Below, piece after piece: positions 57,852-64,000 of a DNA stretch of 64,000 bases (the stretch's first letter is position 1; each line of letters starts with the position of its first letter). The position numbers were made by a program, and so were the translations under genes. The stretch comes from Diplonema japonicum. Lineage: Eukaryota > Protista > Euglenozoa: Diplonemea. A model generated the notes under the pieces. That model was not told the origin of the DNA and ran no database searches. It saw only the letters and a program-made list of their open reading frames with translations. The stretch is from positions 248,001 to 312,000 of the forward strand of contig OZ025704.1 in NCBI GenBank assembly GCA_964019335.1, written 5' to 3'.

Positions 57852-59117
57852 AGAAGAGATACTTTTTTCAGGTTTTTTACCTTTTTAAAAAAAAACTTTT
57901 TTTTTTCTTACTGCAAACCTCTTATTTTTTTGTCTCGGAACCTTCCCCCCCCCTTTTTTTTTACAATTTTTATTGTTATTTTTTTTTTGATTTTTCTAGC
58001 CCCTTAAAAACACGCGCGTGGAAAAGAAAAAAAAGAAAGAAGGGAAAATGGGGGGGGGGGGGTAGTGTTTTTTGTTTCCCCCCTCTTTTTTGTTTCCCCC
58101 CCCTTTTTTTTCTCGTTTCTGTTCCTTAGGTTTTCTTTTTAAAAAAAAAACGAAAAAAAAAAGCTTTCCCCTAACCTTGCTTTTTTTTTAAAGAGGAACG
58201 AGGAAAAAGGAGAAGGAAAAAAAAAAGGAAATTGTTTTAAAAAAAAGAAAAGAAGAAAAAAAAAAAGAAAAAAAAAAAAACAGTGGACCTGGTGTGGGAA
58301 TGGGAATTTGTTGTCCCAATAAACGGTTGGAACGGGATAGATAAAAACATGAAAAAAAATAAAAAATAAAATAAAAACAGCAAAAAGAAACTGTCAATTT
58401 CTTTTTTCGGACCTTCTTTCTTTCTTGTGCAGCGTAGTTTTGAATGAAAGAAGAGTTACCACCTATCAGAGACTGGCTTCACTCCACCTATTCTCGCCTG
58501 TTTCTTGTCCACCTTGTCTTCCCCATCCTTCACCCCCCCCCTTTTTTTTCCGATTCCCCCGTTCACACCTGCTCCTTTTTATTTTATCCCCACTGTCCTA
58601 TTTAGCCCCCCTCCCCACAAACACCACCTGCGCTTTAAAAAAAAAAAGAAAAAAATGAAAGAAGTAATATAAAAAGAAAACAAATTTTAAGAAGGAAAAA
58701 GAGGTTTCTTTATTTTCTCGCTCCCATATTTTATCCCCGTCTATTTTGCCTCCCCCCCCCCCTTTATTACTGTTAGGGGAGCATATTCTCTTGTTTTTTT
58801 TTTCTTTTTTTTTTTTTGGAAGTGTATGGCCAGCACAAGGTGCTTTAAGTGCGCACAAAATCAACACAAAAAGAATTTTTAAAAGATTCCGGGAATCGAC
58901 CTTTTCTTTTGTTTTTAAAACCCACCCCCCCCCAAAAAAATATTTTCTTCAACAGTAGCTTTTTTATTTATAATACCCCCCATCCCATCCCACCCCCGTT
59001 CTCTTTCCTTCCCCATCCCCGTCTCATCCCCCCCCTTTTTTTTATCTTTATATTTCTTTTTTTTTTTTAAAAAAAAAAAAGTTCAAAAAGAGAAAAAAAA
59101 AAAAACACTATGGTGAA

Positions 59118-60002
59118 ATGAAAATGAAAAACCAGTCTGTATTTTTGAGGGTAATCCTGTTTGCAGCATGGTGGGGGGTGTCGGGGGTCAGCGACGGACT
59201 GAGTTCCAAGGCCGTTACGGAGTCTGGTTTTGTCTCCCTCCCCTGCATGTTGGTACTATGCTGCGCATGGGCAGCTACAGGAGCAAAACTGCCTCTACAC
59301 AAAGACGCAAGCACGATCAAAGCCGGTACATGTGTAGGCTTCGGTCTAGCCGCTCTCTTCTGGGGGGTGCGCTTAGGTAGCCTTGTTACGGTTTATGCTG
59401 TGAAAACATCCGAGCCACTTTACACCACAGGAGTAGCCATATATTTAGGTGAAGGTGCTTCGGTAAAACAGGCTTTGGCGGTGGCGGTGATCTGTGGGTG
59501 TTCAGCTTCACTCTCTGTGAGCGTGACATTTTTATCTCCGATTTTCGCCTTCGCGTCGCTCAGTAATCTTTTGCTGTCGTGCCGGACAGTGTTCGTTAAA
59601 TCGATTCTGACCTCTACGGGGGCAGCTCCTCTTCAGCTTTTCTCTTCGATCTCGTTCTTCGGGTTCTTGTCGTTAGTTCCCCTCGCTGCCGTAGAGGTCA
59701 TCACGCTGCCCTTCCCCTCCCTCTACACACTGGCGTTGTGCATTCCGTCCGGTATTTGCTACTTCTTCTACAACTACCTTGGGTTTTTAATCCTTGAATC
59801 GGTGTCGTCCTGTACCTATGCTGTCGGGAAGGAAATCCGCTGTTTAATCGTGTATGGGTGGGCTGCGCTGGTGTGGGGCGTGGGGCTCGGCGACATGAGG
59901 CATCTGCTTGGAATGGCGGGGATCCTCCTGGGGTCCGTGGGGTATTGGAAGGCCTTGAAGGAGAACACTGTCAAAACACAACCAGATCATGAATTCGTGT
60001 GA
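59118..60002 (+). CDS. DMT-superfamily transporter (triose-phosphate translocator / nucleotide-sugar transporter-like)
   Basis: Highly hydrophobic; AVKTSEPLYT, SNLLLSCRTVFVK, YFFYN...VSSCTYAVG motifs. Confidence 0.7.
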   Translation: MKMKNQSVFLRVILFAAWWGVSGVSDGLSSKAVTESGFVSLPCMLVLCCAWAATGAKLPLHKDASTIKAGTCVGFGLAALFWGVRLGSLVTVYAVKTSEPLYTTGVAIYLGEGASVKQALAVAVICGCSASLSVSVTFLSPIFAFASLSNLLLSCRTVFVKSILTSTGAAPLQLFSSISFFGFLSLVPLAAVEVITLPFPSLYTLALCIPSGICYFFYNYLGFLILESVSSCTYAVGKEIRCLIVYGWAALVWGVGLGDMRHLLGMAGILLGSVGYWKALKENTVKTQPDHEFV

Positions 60003-60075
60003 AAACAAAAAAAAAAAAAAATATAAAAAAAAAAATATTTAAAAAAAAAAAAATCCCTCCACCCACCACCACCAC

Positions 60076-60106
<31 letters not shown>

Positions 60107-60195
60107 AAACGGCAACATTACTCCACCCCCCTTTTTTTTTCCCCCCTATAAAAAATTTTTCAAAAAAAAAAAAAAAAAAAAAGGCAAAAAAAAAA

Positions 60196-61404
60196 ATGAA
60201 CGTGCAACTTGAGACATCCCCCGGGAAGTATGTGGATATTCCTGTTAACGAGCAGGATACGATAATGGATTTGAAGAACAAGGTGAGGGTGGCGACAGGG
60301 ATGACGGAGCCGGATGCGATCTTCACCCTGAAGGTGAAGAACCAGTGCCTGAACGACGACGAGGCGTTGACCACGAAGTACTCACTAAGCAACAACGATG
60401 TGCTGATCCTGATCTCTGAACCAGACGAGGACCTGTGTGGGAAGAAGCTGGACCAAGAGTCGGACGACACAGAAAACCCCAAAAAGGACGTTGTCGTAGA
60501 CATGCCAAAGGTCGGGGACGAAATCCGAAAAACCTCCTTCTTGATTTTCTACGAAAAATATTCATGGTTGATCACTATCGCAGCTTGCATGACAGTCTTC
60601 TTCTGTCTTCTAGCACTGGTCATCGTTACCATCGTGAATCAAGGAACCGACTCTGACGATGAAGATAAATTCTGGATAAACCAGCTCTCCAAATATTCTG
60701 TTATTTCCCTTGTCCAGTTTATTGCGGGGATCGCGGCGGACAAGTACAAAGTTAAGGTTTCGTACACCCGAAAAATTGTCCATGTTTTTTACTTTGTGTG
60801 GCCGCAGCTTCTCGACAAGGTCCTGCTCGGGTTCGAAAGGACGATTTACTCTGAGCTCTGGAACGTAATGATCATTATGCTGGTTTTGATTGCGCTGATC
60901 GAGCCAATTCGGGAGAGGCTGAGGATTTGCCAGTTGATGTTTGCTGCTGTCGATCGACCTGAAGACAGACCTTTAACACTATTTTGGAGTGTTAGCCAGC
61001 TCATCGCTTCGCTAACTGTTATCGCCAGTGCCGCTGTATTGTTCAGCCACATTGATAAATCTGATTGGATTTTCATTCCGTTGTTGGTGCTGACGATTGG
61101 TGATGGGCTTGCTGAGCCGATTGGGGTAACATTTTCAACTCCAGCTACAACGTTTAAGGTAAAGGGGTTGTGTGTGGACAGGCATTATACAAGATCTCTG
61201 CAGGGTTCGGGGTGGGTGTGGGCGTTCGCTTGTATTTCGGTGGCGATCTTCTACCATTCCTTCACAACGGCTCAGTTCGTGCTGACGATTTTCGTGCTTC
61301 CGATTTTTGAAACCCTGATCGAGGCGTACAGCCCTCACACGTGGGATAACCCTCTCATTCTTCTCGGGGGTTACTCTGTTTTATTCGCAGCTTATTGGTT
61401 GTGA
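60196..61404 (+). CDS. Ubiquitin-like domain fused to a polyprenol (phytol/dolichol) kinase-like membrane domain
   Basis: N-terminal ~72 aa Ubl pattern (DTIMDLKNKV..ATGM...L...LNDDEALTTKYSLSNNDVLIL); YTRKIVH, GDGLAEPIG, RSLQGS and DN motifs of the CTP-dependent kinase family. Confidence 0.75.
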   Translation: MNVQLETSPGKYVDIPVNEQDTIMDLKNKVRVATGMTEPDAIFTLKVKNQCLNDDEALTTKYSLSNNDVLILISEPDEDLCGKKLDQESDDTENPKKDVVVDMPKVGDEIRKTSFLIFYEKYSWLITIAACMTVFFCLLALVIVTIVNQGTDSDDEDKFWINQLSKYSVISLVQFIAGIAADKYKVKVSYTRKIVHVFYFVWPQLLDKVLLGFERTIYSELWNVMIIMLVLIALIEPIRERLRICQLMFAAVDRPEDRPLTLFWSVSQLIASLTVIASAAVLFSHIDKSDWIFIPLLVLTIGDGLAEPIGVTFSTPATTFKVKGLCVDRHYTRSLQGSGWVWAFACISVAIFYHSFTTAQFVLTIFVLPIFETLIEAYSPHTWDNPLILLGGYSVLFAAYWL

Positions 61405-63019
61405 GAATGAAACATGTTTATAACAACAGTTCTGGTTTTTTTTTTTTTTTTTTTTTATCTTTCTCCCTCTTTTTCTTTTTTTTTCAGGTGGTGGGGATAA
61501 CATGGAAATATAAAGAAGTACATCAGATGTGTTGTTCGCTGTTGACCTCCCCGTCGGTCATCACCGGTAGCGCCCAAGTGGAAGAAGCAGATGCTCTGGG
61601 TGGCGAACAGGCAGCAAACTACACGGGCTCAGAATCTTGGTTACCTGGGGCGCCCCGGTTGGGGTTGAGCTGCACACCGCACGCATTAAGGACACGACGC
61701 GGAACGCAGAAGAAGCTACAGCTAGGCCGAGGTGCGCCCCCTGTAATCAAGTAAATGGTGCTTGTGCAGGGTGCCCCCACCGGCTTCCTTTAAATCATCA
61801 AGTTTTTTTTTTTTTTTTTAACCATCTACCAACGGACCATTTTTTGCCCACCAAGGGGTAATTTTTCAAAACTTCAAAAGAAAAGAAGAAAAAAAAAAAA
61901 GAAAAAAAAAACTATACTACCGCAACGCCGGGCTGTATACCACCTGAAATGCCTCCAGATGTCCTATTAAAGGTTAAAATTCGATAATGAGATTTTTAAG
62001 GCCAGGACCCCGGCTGCGAGAAGTGGCCGGGCCGTATTGCATTGAAGCCCTTTGCGCAAAAGGTTTTTTATTTTTTATTTTTTTTTATTCAAATCGTCTA
62101 TTTTTATAGACGCTCGATGGTAGGTGGTTAATATATTTTATACTTCCAAACAAATTTACAAAAGAAAAAAAAAGGGAGAGGGGAAGGTGGAAAAAAAAAA
62201 AAGGAAAAAAAAAAAGAAAGAAAGAAGAGGAAAAAAAAAAAAAAAAAAAAAGAAATTGCTGATAAGCTCTCTTCCTCCCCTCCCTCCCTCCTCCTCCTCC
62301 TCCTCCTCTCCCTTCCCCTCTTTTTTTTTTATTTATTATACCCTTTGTTAAACCATTAGCTTAAAAAAAAAAAGAAAAAAGAAAAAAGCACCTTTTTTTT
62401 CTTCTTCTTTTTTCTTTTTTTTTTTACCCCGTTTTTTTTTTTTTTTTTATTATTATTTACTTTTTTTTTTTTCCTTCTCCTCCCACCTTTGTTTTGTTAT
62501 GAGGCTTAATAAGTTTTTTTTTTTTTTTTTTTTTTTTGCTATTTACTGGTCAACAGTAGTTTCACGTTACCTCTCTGTTGCGGGCCCTCGACGGTGAACG
62601 CAAGATCTGAGAGGACGGCGAAATCATCTTTCATTGGCGGTAAGTAAGCGAAAAAATTTTTTTCACGACACTCTAAGTTCTTCACCCTCAACGCTTAACC
62701 CTAACGTGTACTCCTGTATCTGAAGGACAACCCCTGATTTTCGCCTTGGACGGGGTCTGGAGTGCGTTAAGTAATTTCAGAAGAGTGTAAACAAAATTAA
62801 CTTAAGAGAAAGAAAGAGAAGTGGAAAAAAAAAGGGGGGGAGGGTTATATTAACTCAACGACTTTGTCATTTTCCTCTTGATTTTTGTTCTTGTTTTCCC
62901 TATCTTGTAGCACGCAAGCAGAAGAAGGAGGACAAAAAAAAAAAATGAAAGAGGGAAAAGAGTTTTTAAAAAAAAAAAGATAGGGCACATTATAAAGTTT
63001 TTTTTTTTTTGCAAGTGCC

Positions 63020-63067
<48 letters not shown>

Positions 63068-63171
63068 CATTTGGGTGTGATTCTGATGAGTTTTCAAAAA
63101 AAAAAGTTTTTTTTTTATTCGGGTTTGGGTCGCTGCTCAAACTTCTCTCCCTATCTCACCATCATAAAAGC

Positions 63172-63213
<42 letters not shown>

Positions 63214-63321
63214 ACTCGTAAAATCTAGCCTGAGAGATAAGAGCAAAACATGAAAAAAAAAAAGGGGAAACACTCATACAAAAAAGCTTTAGTTTTTCCG
63301 TAAGAGAAGGTTTTCGGGCCC

Positions 63322-63354
<33 letters not shown>

Positions 63355-63430
63355 TACGAAAGGGTCATTTTAAAGGTGTCTGTGCTGTGGGTCTGAACTA
63401 CCATACTGCTGGAAAAAAAAAAAAAAAAAG

Positions 63431-63466
<36 letters not shown>

Positions 63467-64000
63467 CTACACAAAGAAATGTACAAACTCAGCAAAAGAC
63501 AAATAAACAACAAAACAAAAAAAGGAAACAAAAAAAAGGAAAGAATCAAGCCTCCCCAAAGGAGGGCCAAGGGAATTTCTTGTTTGTAATGTAAATCGAA
63601 CTGTGCTTCCTGAAATTTGTGTTTCCTCAGGTTGGCGTATACGTTAGCTGTGAAGCACACTGCAACTGTCTAGCTATTTAAGAGGAGAAAGGCGCGGGAC
63701 GAATTGCCCTAATGTAATGCCAAGAGAAAAGGAGAAAAAAAAAAGGGAAAAAAAATGAGGGAGGGAAAGGAAAAGGCTAGCCAACTCTTTCTAACGATGC
63801 GCCGCGATTCGCAATGGGAAAAAAAAAGATTTTTTTTTTCTTTCTTTCTTATTGTTGATTTACATTTTTTTTTTTGTCAATTGCGATGGTTGGGGGGGAA
63901 AAAAAATTGCTGAAATCCATGTATTCATCACATTTTTTTTTCCCCGAGCCTAGTCGCTTTTTTTTTTCAGCGGGGGGGGCTATGTTGGCAAGAAACGGGG

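Noticed and set aside
10457-61404. Functional clustering of ubiquitin-system genes (F-box proteins, cullin, Ubl, OTU)
   Set aside because: They are far apart and interspersed with unrelated genes; these families are common, so co-occurrence is unremarkable.
62605-62630. Hammerhead ribozyme core (ctgagag...gaaa)
   Set aside because: It does not match CUGANGA and the flanking stems are not evident.
62694-62706. Telomeric repeat (taaccctaac)
   Set aside because: Fewer than two units.
99-63660. Numerous short minus-strand and poly-K/poly-F ORFs, and the extended N-termini in the ORF track
   Set aside because: Antisense shadows of + genes or translations of homopolymer spacers; none shows a recognisable domain.

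Overview
Eukaryotic genomic DNA, most likely from a euglenozoan protist (diplonemid-like). That is inferred from genome architecture, not a database match. About 28 protein-coding genes all lie head-to-tail on the + strand, separated by short spacers of poly-T then poly-A tracts, as in a polycistronic, trans-spliced gene cluster. Ten genes are split by 22 inferred short (34-93 nt) GT-AG introns, mostly GTATG donors with purine/A-rich interiors and no polypyrimidine tract. Recognisable products: Qc-SNARE, CID protein, glutaredoxin-like protein with a Pro/Asp tail, RFC5, TDY MAPK, F-box/JmjC protein, GH18 chitobiase, P4-ATPase, FGGY kinase, DUF3754 protein, Kelch and TPR proteins, a four-domain Ca2+ channel with an internal C2 domain, a histidine phosphatase, a bacterial-type GltS symporter, Vps68/TMEM50, a K2P channel with a ZZ-like finger, Pol kappa, cullin, a TPT-like transporter and a Ubl-polyprenol-kinase-like fusion. 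Mobile DNA: a decayed non-LTR retrotransposon carrying an OTU protease domain ahead of APE-RT, a pogo-like TA-flanked deletion derivative, a foldback/MITE-like repeat cluster and two families of dispersed short hairpin repeats, one resembling the retrotransposon's 3' stem-loop. Very long homopolymers suggest long-read errors, so some frameshifts and intron lengths may be artefacts.
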